Both the position numbers and the translations under genes were made by a program. 64,000 nucleotides of DNA from contig CALWNN010000085.1 of assembly GCA_944382845.1 (NCBI GenBank), forward strand, positions 2,150 to 66,149. The letters run 5' to 3'. The notes beneath the pieces were generated by a model. That model was not told where the DNA came from, did no database searches, and saw only the letters and a list, made by a program, of their open reading frames with translations. The stretch is from an uncultured Clostridia bacterium. Lineage in GTDB: Bacteria > Bacillota > Clostridia > Oscillospirales > Ruminococcaceae. Each line of letters starts with the position of its first letter. Position 1 is the first letter of the stretch. Of this stretch, positions 54,963-64,000 are shown piece by piece.

Positions 54963-56321
54963 ATGTCAACAATTGCAGCAATCTCAACTCCCCAAGGCAC
55001 CGGAGGAATATCTGTTATACGTATAAGCGGCGAGTCCGCCTTTGAAATTGCCGACCGTGTGTTCAAACCGTCAAAAGGAAGCGTTCTTAAAATGAGCGCC
55101 AACACCTGCAAATACGGTAAAATCGTGTCAGCGGACGAAACGATCCTTGACGACGGGGTTGTCACCGTTTTCAAATCTCCAAACTCCTACACCGGGGAGG
55201 ATACCTGCGAAATTTCCTGCCACGGAGGAATTTACGTTACAAGACGTATTCTCCGTGAAATTTTCAAAGCAGGAGCTGTCCCTGCTTCGGCAGGCGAATT
55301 TACAAAACGGGCTTTTTTAAACGGCAAACTTTCCCTTACTCAGGCGGAAGCTGTAATGGACCTTATTTCCGCTAACGGAAGCCAGACGCTTAATTCCGCC
55401 GTCAACGCAAGACAAGGCAGACTTTATAAGCAGATAAAACAAGTTTCAGACAGACTTGTTACAATTCTCGGAGAACTTGCGGCTTGGGTGGATTATCCCG
55501 AAGAGGATCTTCCCGAGGCCGACCCCGTTGCCCTCGAAAATTCCATTGACAGCGCAATCTCCGTTCTTGAAAGGATCTTGAAGAATTACGACAGCGGAAA
55601 GGTGCTTCGGGATGGGATAGACACCGCTATTGTCGGCAAGGCAAATGTGGGCAAATCAACTCTCATGAATAATATTTTAGGTTTTGAACGTTCTATCGTT
55701 ACCGATATAGAAGGTACAACAAGAGATATCGTTGAGGAAACTGCCCGTGTGGGTGAAATTCTTCTCCGGCTTTCCGATACTGCCGGACTTCGTGAAACAG
55801 GAGATATCATTGAAAATATGGGCATTGAGCTTTCCCGAAAAAAGCTTGATACTGCTCAGCTTGTTATTGCTGTTTTTGACAGTTCCTCCCCTCTTGACAG
55901 CTCTGACCTTGAGCTTCTTGAAAGGATAAAAAACAAGAAAACTCTTATTGTTCTTAACAAAACCGACCTTGAGCAGAAACTTTTCGCCAATGATTTTTCT
56001 GATTATTCACGTTGTGTTGTGGAAATTTCCGCTAAAAATGAAGGGACGGATAAAATAGCAAACGCCCTTGAGGAAATGTTCTTAAATAATGATTTTGACC
56101 CTCATACAGATTTTTTTGCAAACGAAAGACAGCATGCCTGCACCGAAAAGGCTTATGAAAAGTTAATTGACGCTAAGGATTCCCTTTTGTCGGGAATAAG
56201 CCTCGACTGCGTTTCGGTAACACTTGAATCCGCACTTGAAAGCCTTCTTGAACTTGCGGGAGAGCGGGTTACCGACGCTGTTGTTGACGATGTGTTTTCA
56301 AGATTCTGCGTTGGAAAATAA
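54963..56321 (+). CDS. mnmE: tRNA modification GTPase MnmE
   Basis: 452 aa. The N-terminus is TIAAISTP.G.GGI.VIR.SG, the G-domain has GK.NVGKSTL.N, and the C-terminus is CVGK. Confidence 0.93.
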   Translation: MSTIAAISTPQGTGGISVIRISGESAFEIADRVFKPSKGSVLKMSANTCKYGKIVSADETILDDGVVTVFKSPNSYTGEDTCEISCHGGIYVTRRILREIFKAGAVPASAGEFTKRAFLNGKLSLTQAEAVMDLISANGSQTLNSAVNARQGRLYKQIKQVSDRLVTILGELAAWVDYPEEDLPEADPVALENSIDSAISVLERILKNYDSGKVLRDGIDTAIVGKANVGKSTLMNNILGFERSIVTDIEGTTRDIVEETARVGEILLRLSDTAGLRETGDIIENMGIELSRKKLDTAQLVIAVFDSSSPLDSSDLELLERIKNKKTLIVLNKTDLEQKLFANDFSDYSRCVVEISAKNEGTDKIANALEEMFLNNDFDPHTDFFANERQHACTEKAYEKLIDAKDSLLSGISLDCVSVTLESALESLLELAGERVTDAVVDDVFSRFCVGK

Positions 56322-56340
56322 TTTGCGGTGGGAGGAAAAT

Positions 56341-56832
56341 ATGGCTGAACAAAAAACAAATGTAATGAGGATACTTGACAAGGCTAAAATTCCTTACGAG
56401 CATTATCTGTACAAATCTGACGGGCAGATCGACGGAGTACACGTTGCTGAAATCTGCAAAATTCCTCCTGAAAAGTGCTTTAAGACCCTCGTTACCTCAC
56501 ATACGGAAAAGAGCGGGAAAAAAGAATATTTTGTGTTTGTGATACCTGTCGCTCAAAACCTTGACCTCAAAGCCGCCGCAAAAAGCGTTGGTGCAAAAAA
56601 CGTTGAAATGCTTCACGTCAAGGACCTTCTTCCCGTAACAGGATATATCAGAGGGGGATGCTCCCCTATCGGCATGAAAAAACAGTTTAAAACCGTTATC
56701 CATATTTCCGCTGAAAACCTTGACTTTATGACTGTAAGCGGCGGAAAAATCGGCGCGCAGGTAAGGCTTGCCCCCACCGACCTTGCTATGCTTATCGGTG
56801 CGGAATTTGCGGATATCTGTGAAAAAAAATAA
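56341..56832 (+). CDS. ybaK: Cys-tRNA(Pro)/Cys-tRNA(Cys) deacylase YbaK/EbsC family
   Basis: It is 163 aa from the ATG at 56341 (GGGAGG RBS). YbaK pattern: T...R.L......Y....Y ... KTL........V.V.P....LDLK..A...G.K...M. Confidence 0.8.
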   Translation: MAEQKTNVMRILDKAKIPYEHYLYKSDGQIDGVHVAEICKIPPEKCFKTLVTSHTEKSGKKEYFVFVIPVAQNLDLKAAAKSVGAKNVEMLHVKDLLPVTGYIRGGCSPIGMKKQFKTVIHISAENLDFMTVSGGKIGAQVRLAPTDLAMLIGAEFADICEKK

Positions 56833-56863
56833 GATTAAATTGAACCTAAAAGGACTTGATAAA

Positions 56864-58738
56864 ATGGTATTTCTTGAAAGCTATGATGTTGCAGTAGTCG
56901 GCGCCGGTCATGCCGGAGTCGAAGCGGCGCTTGCTTGCGCCCGTCTCGGAATGAAAACCGTTCTTTTTACAATTTCTCTTGACGCTCTGGCGAATATGCC
57001 CTGCAATCCTTCTATCGGAGGAACGGCAAAGGGTCATCTTGTACGTGAGATAGACGCTCTTGGTGGAGAAATGGGCAAAGCCGCAGACGCTACTTTTATA
57101 CAAAGCAGAATGCTGAATCTGGGAAAAGGTCCTGCCGTACATTCTCTCAGAGTTCAGGCTGACAGAGTGAAGTACCATGCCTACATGAAGCATACGGTTG
57201 AGCTTACCGAAGGACTTGATTTGAGGCAGGGGGAAATAACTGAGATTTTAACGGAAAACGGGAAAATCTGTGGAGTTAAGTCGTCTCTCGGAACCTGCTT
57301 CGGGGCAAGGGCGGTGATTATTGCAACAGGTACATACCTCAAGGGACTTATCCATGTGGGCGACGTTTCCTATGAGAGCGGTCCCGATAACGTTATGCCG
57401 GCTAAATCCCTTTCAGAAAGCCTTAAATCCCTTGGAGTTTCCCTTAGAAGATTTAAGACGGGAACTCCTGCCAGAGTTCACAGACGTTCAATTGACTTTG
57501 ATAAGCTTGAGGAACAGAAGGGCGACGAGCATATTGTTCCTTTTTCTTTTGATACCCACGGCAAGCTTGAAAACAAAGTTTCCTGCTATGTAGGTTACAC
57601 CAATGCCGAAACCCATAAGGTCATACTTGATAATATTCATCGTTCGGCAATGTACGGCGGAAAGATCGAGGGGATTGGTCCAAGATACTGCCCTTCCATT
57701 GAGGACAAGATCAAACGCTTTTCTGACAAACCCCGTCATCAGCTTTTTATAGAACCCATGGGACTTGATACTGAAGAATTTTATCTTCAGGGAATGTCTT
57801 CATCACTTCCTGAGGAAGTCCAGCTTGCATTCTTGAGAACCATTAAGGGACTTGAAAGAGTTGAAATTATGCGTAACGCCTACGCTATCGAGTACGATTG
57901 CTGCGACCCTACCGAACTTTTGCCCACCCTTGAATTCAAAAAAATAAAAGGACTTTACGGCGCAGGACAATTTAACGGAACCTCCGGTTATGAGGAAGCC
58001 GCCGCACAAGGACTTGTAGCTGGAATAAACGCTGCTTTGAAGCTTTCCGGGAAGAATCAGTTGATTCTTGACCGTGCTTCAAGTTACATAGGCACACTTA
58101 TTGACGACCTTGTTACAAAAGGAGTTTCCGACCCTTATCGTATGCTTACCTCTCGAAGCGAGTACAGGCTTATTTTAAGACAGGACAATGCGGATATGCG
58201 ACTTACGCCGATCGGTCATGAAATCGGACTTATAAGCGATGAGCGGTATAATTCATTTTTGCACAAAAAGGAACTTATTGAAAAGGAAATTAAAAGAGTG
58301 AACAGTCTTTCGGTTTCGCCAACTGAGCAAGTTAACAGTTATCTTGTTTCCGTTGGAACAGACCCTGTTTCTACAGGATGCAAAATGTCAAAGCTTATTA
58401 AGCGTCCTCAGGTTACCTACGACGGACTTGCTTTTGCCGATAAAGACAGACCTGACCTTCCTTTTGAAGTAAAAGAGCAGGTTGAGCTTCAGATAAAATA
58501 CGAAGGATATATCAATATTCAGCTTCAACAGGTAGAGGCGATGAGAAAGCTTGAAGAAAAGAAGCTTCCCGAAGAGGTCGATTACTCGTCAATTACCGGG
58601 CTAAGACTTGAAGCCGCCGAAAAGCTTAACAAAATAAAGCCGTTGAGTGTTGGTCAGGCAAGCAGAATTTCGGGGGTCAATCCGGCGGATATTTCTGTTT
58701 TGCTTGTTTGGCTTGAAAAACATAAGCGAACAAAATAA
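56864..58738 (+). CDS. mnmG: tRNA uridine 5-carboxymethylaminomethyl modification enzyme MnmG (GidA)
   Basis: It has the FAD motif [18 protein letters not shown] and [11 protein letters not shown]. The ATG at 56864 is preferred; the maximal ORF starts at 56768. Confidence 0.93.
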   Translation: MVFLESYDVAVVGAGHAGVEAALACARLGMKTVLFTISLDALANMPCNPSIGGTAKGHLVREIDALGGEMGKAADATFIQSRMLNLGKGPAVHSLRVQADRVKYHAYMKHTVELTEGLDLRQGEITEILTENGKICGVKSSLGTCFGARAVIIATGTYLKGLIHVGDVSYESGPDNVMPAKSLSESLKSLGVSLRRFKTGTPARVHRRSIDFDKLEEQKGDEHIVPFSFDTHGKLENKVSCYVGYTNAETHKVILDNIHRSAMYGGKIEGIGPRYCPSIEDKIKRFSDKPRHQLFIEPMGLDTEEFYLQGMSSSLPEEVQLAFLRTIKGLERVEIMRNAYAIEYDCCDPTELLPTLEFKKIKGLYGAGQFNGTSGYEEAAAQGLVAGINAALKLSGKNQLILDRASSYIGTLIDDLVTKGVSDPYRMLTSRSEYRLILRQDNADMRLTPIGHEIGLISDERYNSFLHKKELIEKEIKRVNSLSVSPTEQVNSYLVSVGTDPVSTGCKMSKLIKRPQVTYDGLAFADKDRPDLPFEVKEQVELQIKYEGYINIQLQQVEAMRKLEEKKLPEEVDYSSITGLRLEAAEKLNKIKPLSVGQASRISGVNPADISVLLVWLEKHKRTK

Positions 58739-58742
58739 AAAT

Positions 58743-58758
58743 TGTTCCACGTGGAACA
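58743..58758. promoter_or_regulatory. parS centromere-like site (perfect 16-bp palindrome)
   Basis: TGTTCCACGTGGAACA, compared with the B. subtilis parS TGTTCCACGTGAAACA (15/16). It lies in the mnmG-rsmG spacer, 1.1 kb from a ParB-family gene. Confidence 0.85.
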
Positions 58759-58780
58759 ATCAAGGCGACAATTTAAAAAC
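58757..58780 (-). repeat. Possible collapsed (ends-only) copy of the repeat family abutting parS
   Basis: CAATCAAGGCGACAATTTAAAAAC, compared with the ends of the copy at 59566-59660 (ATAACCAAGGCG ... GGCGACGATTTAAAAAC). Confidence 0.4.
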
Positions 58781-58837
58781 GGACGGGTTGAGGTATAATA
58801 ATTACAAACATATTGAAAGGGTATTTTACGGACAGGA

Positions 58838-59569
58838 ATGATAAAACAAATGATTGACAAGGACTATTTAACCAATTTATTTAAACAATGCGACATAGAC
58901 ATTACCTCTGGTATGGCGGACAAATTTGATATCTATGGATCGGAACTTGTTTCATGGAACGAAAAAATAAACCTTACCGCAATAACAGAACCGGGAGAAA
59001 TATGTGAAAAACACTTCCTTGATTCGGTTCTTCCCTTTGTAATATGGAAAAAATTCAGTAAATTAAACGCTCCTAAGATAATTGACGTTGGAACAGGGGC
59101 GGGATTTCCATCTATACCGCTGAAAATAGTTTTTCCTGAAATTAAAATAACAATGCTTGACAGTCTGAACAAGAGAATTAACTTTTTAAACAATACACTA
59201 TCCGTTTGCGGACTCGAAGGTGAAACAATACATGGCAGAGCTGAGGAGCTTGGACATAAGGAAGAAAACAGAGGCAGGTACGATATTGCCACGGCAAGAG
59301 CCGTTGCAAACCTGTCACATTTAAGCGAATACTGTCTGTCTTTTGTTAAAATCGGGGGATATTTTGTTGCTCTTAAAGGACAGAACGGTCAAGAAGAACT
59401 TAAAACCGCACAAAATGCAATAAAAACTCTTGGAGGAGTGGTTGAAGAGGCAATAGACTATTCACTGCCGTCAGGCGACAAGCGTGTGCTTGTGATTGTG
59501 AGAAAACAGTTTTCCACACCCGAAAAATACCCCAGAAACAAAGGACAGATGACTAAAAAGCCATTATAA
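58838..59569 (+). CDS. rsmG: 16S rRNA (guanine527-N7)-methyltransferase RsmG (GidB)
   Basis: 243 aa. It has W N.K.NLT.I......... H.LDS and the SAM motif DVGTGAGFP. Confidence 0.9.
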   Translation: MIKQMIDKDYLTNLFKQCDIDITSGMADKFDIYGSELVSWNEKINLTAITEPGEICEKHFLDSVLPFVIWKKFSKLNAPKIIDVGTGAGFPSIPLKIVFPEIKITMLDSLNKRINFLNNTLSVCGLEGETIHGRAEELGHKEENRGRYDIATARAVANLSHLSEYCLSFVKIGGYFVALKGQNGQEELKTAQNAIKTLGGVVEEAIDYSLPSGDKRVLVIVRKQFSTPEKYPRNKGQMTKKPL

Positions 59570-59660
59570 CCAAGGCGTCGGTTTCCATTCAGTTTTCAGT
59601 GGGGATTATAATCCCCAACTGAAACCCTGAGGAGCAAAGCTCCTCGGCGACGATTTAAAA
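59566..59660 (-). repeat. Medium (95 nt) copy of the repeat family; its first bases contain the rsmG stop codon
   Basis: ATAACCAAGGCGTCGGTTTCCATTCAGTTTTCAGTGGGGattataATCCCCAACTGAAACCCTGAGGAGCAAAGCTCCTCGGCGACGATTTAAAAA. The rsmG TAA is at 59567-59569. Confidence 0.88.
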
Positions 59661-59661
59661 A

Positions 59662-59701
59662 CAAACCCCGGAAGCGTTTTATGCTCTCGGGGTTTGTTTT
59701 C
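59662..59701 (+). terminator. Rho-independent terminator after rsmG and the repeat
   Basis: CAAACCCCG-17 nt-CGGGGTTTG followed by TTTT. Confidence 0.7.
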
Positions 59702-59832
59702 AATCAAAGCAAATTAGATTTAGATTACTTGAAAATGACCGTGACGCCGGGACAAATGGAAACCACAGCCTTGTAAGCGGACCTTTCAAACAAATGGCAG
59801 AGGGTAAAGTAAGACAAGTTTATATTGAGATG

Positions 59833-60666
59833 TTACGCGCTTTGCTCTGAACCGGCGTCACGGGGGATATTAATCACAAGCTGAATCTCTCCGTCAGTTT
59901 CAAACTTTCTTGTTTTTACGTCAACTCCCGCTGCCTGCATAATTTCCACCGCCTTTGAAACAGTATTCATAAACAAACGGACATTTTTCAATACTGCCGA
60001 GTTTTTTCTGATATTTCCCTCTTTTTGACGCTTTGAAAGAAGAGTATCTATTAAAAGTTCCGTTTTTTCAACGCTGAGATTTCCTCTTGCTATCTGTTCA
60101 AGAACCTCCAGACGAAGCTTATAATCGGGTATTCTGAGAAGAGCACGTGCATGACGTTCAGAAAGTCCGAGAGAAAGAATAACCTCCCGTTCCTCCTCGG
60201 AAAGTTTTAAAAGCCTCAGCTTGTTTGCAACAGTAGATTGAGCCATTCCAAGACGAATCGCCGCGTCCTCCTGAGTCATTCCGTAAAAGTCAATAAGCTT
60301 AGAAATGCCTTCCGCTTCCTCAAAAATGTTCAGGTCGCAGCGTTGAAGATTTTCGACAAGCGCAAAAAGAGCAGATGATCGGTCGGTTATGTTTAAAATT
60401 ATACAAGGAACAGTTTTAAGCCCTGCAATTCTCGCCGCACGAAGCCGTCTCTCGCCTGTTACAAGAATGTAGCAGTTTTCGCCTTCCTTGCGAACCGTGA
60501 GAGGCTGAATAACGCCTTCCGTGGAAATGCTTTTTGCAAGAGCGGATAATTCTTTCTGGGAAAAACTCTTTCTCGGTTGGTATGGATTCGGCTTGATATA
60601 ACCGATATGCACCGCAACTACCTTGTTAAGTTCCTTTTCTTTCTTTCCCTGAGTGAAAATATTCAT
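59833..60666 (-). CDS. ParB/Noc/Spo0J-family DNA-binding protein (no adjacent ParA/Soj)
   Basis: 277 aa. It has the ParB N-terminal motifs I.PNPYQPRK.F and GERR.RAA, plus an HTH (TQEDAAIRLGMAQSTVANKLRLL). Confidence 0.82.
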   Translation of the reverse strand: MNIFTQGKKEKELNKVVAVHIGYIKPNPYQPRKSFSQKELSALAKSISTEGVIQPLTVRKEGENCYILVTGERRLRAARIAGLKTVPCIILNITDRSSALFALVENLQRCDLNIFEEAEGISKLIDFYGMTQEDAAIRLGMAQSTVANKLRLLKLSEEEREVILSLGLSERHARALLRIPDYKLRLEVLEQIARGNLSVEKTELLIDTLLSKRQKEGNIRKNSAVLKNVRLFMNTVSKAVEIMQAAGVDVKTRKFETDGEIQLVINIPRDAGSEQSA

Positions 60667-61026
60667 AATATCATCTCCTTATTTGTTATTCTGATTATAA
60701 CAGATATTTTTTTGCAGTTCCATAATTTATGCAAAGTAATTTTCGCATTTTTAAATGCTGTTTCGTCAAGAAAAAACCCGTTTTCTCAGAAATCGTGAAA
60801 TAATTTTGCAGAATAAGAAAAATTATAGATAAAACACTCAGTTTCAGGAATATATCCGGTAAACGGCTGAATGATAATAAAAACACATATATATGATTAA
60901 AAATGTTAAAGAAATTTATAGAATAAAACAATTGACAAGGAGAGAAAAATGGTGTATATTATAAGGAATACTATAAAAATTGTCGAAGAAAACAAGAACG
61001 AAAAGAACCGATAAGGGGGATCTTAA

Positions 61027-62502
<1,476 letters not shown>

Positions 62503-62639
62503 TATTTTCTAAAGACAATTTAACGGCTGTTCTCTTGTTCAAGGGGACAGCTTGTCTTTTTGTCCAATGGTACATTTGTCAAAGGGACAATTGTGTTTTA
62601 AACAAGAGAAAACACACAATATTGTCATAAAATATTCAC

Positions 62640-62668
62640 TTGACATAAGGCTGAGATAACTATATAAT
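62640..62668 (+). promoter_or_regulatory. Sigma-A type promoter of pnuC
   Basis: TTGACA (62640-62645), 17-nt spacer, TATAAT (62663-62668). It leaves a leader of about 110 nt. Confidence 0.65.
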
Positions 62669-62786
62669 AAAAACAAGAAATATTGAAGCCTGCCACCGGG
62701 CGGCATGAGCAATCATTTTTACATCGTTAGGTCTTTGAAGATGTAAAGCTGACTGCTTATTTTTTTGCGACCTTGGAGGAAATCTT

Positions 62787-63485
62787 ATGAAACACACTGC
62801 AAAATGGATAATTAATTATTTTTCTAAAGGAGAACTTTTGCTATGGGGAATATCGACAATATTCATCATTGCTTCCTTTGAAATATTCGACAGGGAGCAA
62901 TATCTTACCTTAACAGCGTCGCTTATCGGCGTAACATCACTGATTTTCTGTGCAAAAGGAAATCCATTCGGACAGTTTCTCATGATTGTTTTCAGCATAC
63001 TTTACGGTATAATTTCTTACGGCTATGCCTATTACGGAGAAATGCTCACATACCTTGGCATGACAGGCCCCATGGCGGTTTTCTCAATGATATCGTGGCT
63101 GAAAAACCCTTACGAAAAAAACAAGGCGGAAGTTAAGGTAAACCGTTTATCCGGAGCAGAAATAACTTTTGCCTTTATACTTTCCGCAGTAGTCACTTTT
63201 ATATTCTATTTTATTCTGACTTATTTCAACACATCTAACATAATTCCAAGCACAATTTCCGTAACAACAAGCTTTCTTGCAGTCTACCTCACATTCCGCC
63301 GCAGTGAGTTTTACGCTCTCGGCTATGCGGCAAACGACATTGTGCTTATAATTTTATGGACTCTTGCGGCAATTGACAACAGAAGCTACATATCAGTAGT
63401 AATTTGCTTTATTATTTTCTTTGCAAACGACCTTTACGGATACATTAACTGGCGGAGAATAAAAGCAAAACAACAACCAGCATAA
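62787..63485 (+). CDS. pnuC: Nicotinamide riboside transporter PnuC family
   Basis: 232 aa with 7-8 TM segments. PnuC pattern: (E...W..S........F......... L.G......AKGN.FGQ.......Y..ISY....YGE). Confidence 0.78.
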   Translation: MKHTAKWIINYFSKGELLLWGISTIFIIASFEIFDREQYLTLTASLIGVTSLIFCAKGNPFGQFLMIVFSILYGIISYGYAYYGEMLTYLGMTGPMAVFSMISWLKNPYEKNKAEVKVNRLSGAEITFAFILSAVVTFIFYFILTYFNTSNIIPSTISVTTSFLAVYLTFRRSEFYALGYAANDIVLIILWTLAAIDNRSYISVVICFIIFFANDLYGYINWRRIKAKQQPA

Positions 63486-63517
63486 CTGTGCGGCAGAAAA
63501 GTTACAACTACAAAATC

Positions 63518-63548
63518 AAAACCACCGTGATAGACGGTGGTTTTAATT
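63518..63548 (+). terminator. Rho-independent terminator of pnuC
   Basis: AAAACCACCG-tgataga-CGGTGGTTTT. Confidence 0.8.
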
Positions 63549-63556
63549 TACAAAAT

Positions 63557-63590
63557 AAAAACTCCGACTACAAATGAGTCGGAGTTTTTT
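63557..63590 (-). terminator. Hairpin terminator downstream of the tRNA pair (bidirectional shape)
   Basis: AAAACTCCGACT-acaaatg-AGTCGGAGTTTT. Confidence 0.75.
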
Positions 63591-63612
63591 ATTTGCAGCA
63601 TCATGCTGATAA

Positions 63613-63687
63613 TGGTGACCCCTACGGGAATCGAACCCATGATTACGCCGTGAAAGGGCGTCGTCTTAACCGCTTGACCAAGGGGCC
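63613..63687 (-). tRNA. tRNA-Glu (anticodon TTC), CCA encoded
   Basis: The reverse complement folds as acceptor GGCCCCT/AGGGGTC, anticodon arm ACGCC-CTTTCAC-GGCGT, T loop TTCGATT, then A-CCA. Confidence 0.88.
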
Positions 63688-63708
63688 ATATTGCTATGAA
63701 AGCTTTAC

Positions 63709-63785
63709 TGGTAGCGGCAGTGTGATTCGAACACACGACCTGCCGGGTATGAACCGGATACTCTAGCCAGCTGAGCTATGCCGCC
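63709..63785 (-). tRNA. tRNA with CAT anticodon (Met, or Ile2 if lysidine-modified), CCA encoded
   Basis: The reverse complement is GGCGGCATAGCTCAGCTGGCTAGAGTATCCGGTTCATACCCGGCAGGTCGTGTGTTCGAATCACACTGCCGCTACCA. Position 1-72 is paired, so it is not an initiator. Confidence 0.85.
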
Positions 63786-63857
63786 GTTTGCTCTCATAGC
63801 GACTTAATTATTATACAACAATAAAAAATTACATTCATCAATAAATATTTAATATTA

Positions 63858-64000
63858 TATGAATTTTTAGTTATTTTCAAGATCCTTTTCTATTATAAAC
63901 CTGGGTCTGTGCTTGGTTTCAAGATATATCTTACCTATATATTCGCCGATTACTCCTACTGAAAGAAGTTCAAGCCCTCCTATTGCCCATATTGAAATAA
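63858..64000 (-). CDS. C-terminal fragment of a family-2 glycosyltransferase (polyprenyl-phosphate glycosyltransferase-like TM tail)
   Basis: The minus-strand translation is ...ISIWAIGGLELLSVGVIGEYIGKIYLETKHRPRFIIEKDLENN*. The GEYIG.IY.E.K.RP.YII ending is typical of GtrB/ArnC-like GT2 enzymes. Confidence 0.6.

Noticed and set aside
60667-61026. Purine/guanine riboswitch or DnaA boxes upstream of guaB.
   Set aside because: No conserved purine-riboswitch core could be found (junction around paired P2/P3 loops). The leader after the TTGACA-17-TATATT promoter is only about 65 nt and unstructured.
63548-63736. 62-aa ORF overlapping the tRNA region.
   Set aside because: It overlaps tRNA-Glu and the 3' part of the tRNA-Met gene, both of which fold well, and a terminator hairpin.

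Overview
This is a 64-kb chromosomal window from a low-GC Gram-positive anaerobe. Gene content suggests Clostridia, possibly Oscillospiraceae/Ruminococcaceae-like; that is inference only. About 60 genes are mostly housekeeping:
- sfsA, tRNA-Val, and an OmpR-type RR/HK/HtrA module
- CIRCE-controlled groES-groEL
- serC-serA, an SSS symporter and bioY
- ftsE-ftsX plus a coiled-coil M23 peptidase
- ptsH, rimM-trmD and cysK
- apbE-rnfCDGEAB
- the origin-proximal block rpmH-rnpA-yidD-yidC-jag-mnmE-ybaK-mnmG-[parS]-rsmG with an oppositely oriented ParB/Noc gene
- guaB, pnuC, tRNA-Glu and tRNA-Met

Four things look worth a second look.
1. A modular, hairpin-rich intergenic repeat family that I cannot name. 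It has 6 long copies plus ends-only mini-copies and variable numbers of a 20-nt hairpin unit. One inverted pair brackets a lone XRE regulator gene.
2. A 14-kb, 10-gene envelope/ABC operon (25547-39751). It has two MalFG-type permease pairs and one giant CBM-fused binding protein. Three embedded non-transporter envelope proteins sit between the pairs: an NHL propeller, a Yip1-like protein and a 1088-aa secreted protein. Two LolD/MacB-class ATPases open the operon, one carrying an AbrB/SpoVT-like tail.
3. A roughly 600-bp ORF-free segment of coding-like GC content upstream of the two-component operon. It is a candidate structured RNA or gene relic.
4. Several sharp cis-elements: a perfect-palindrome parS, a 14-bp perfect inverted repeat at a lipoprotein promoter, a BirA-like operator, and a structured guaB-pnuC spacer.

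rpmH (44 aa) is missing from the supplied ORF track and was found by eye. All protein calls rest on motif recognition by eye. No searches were run.
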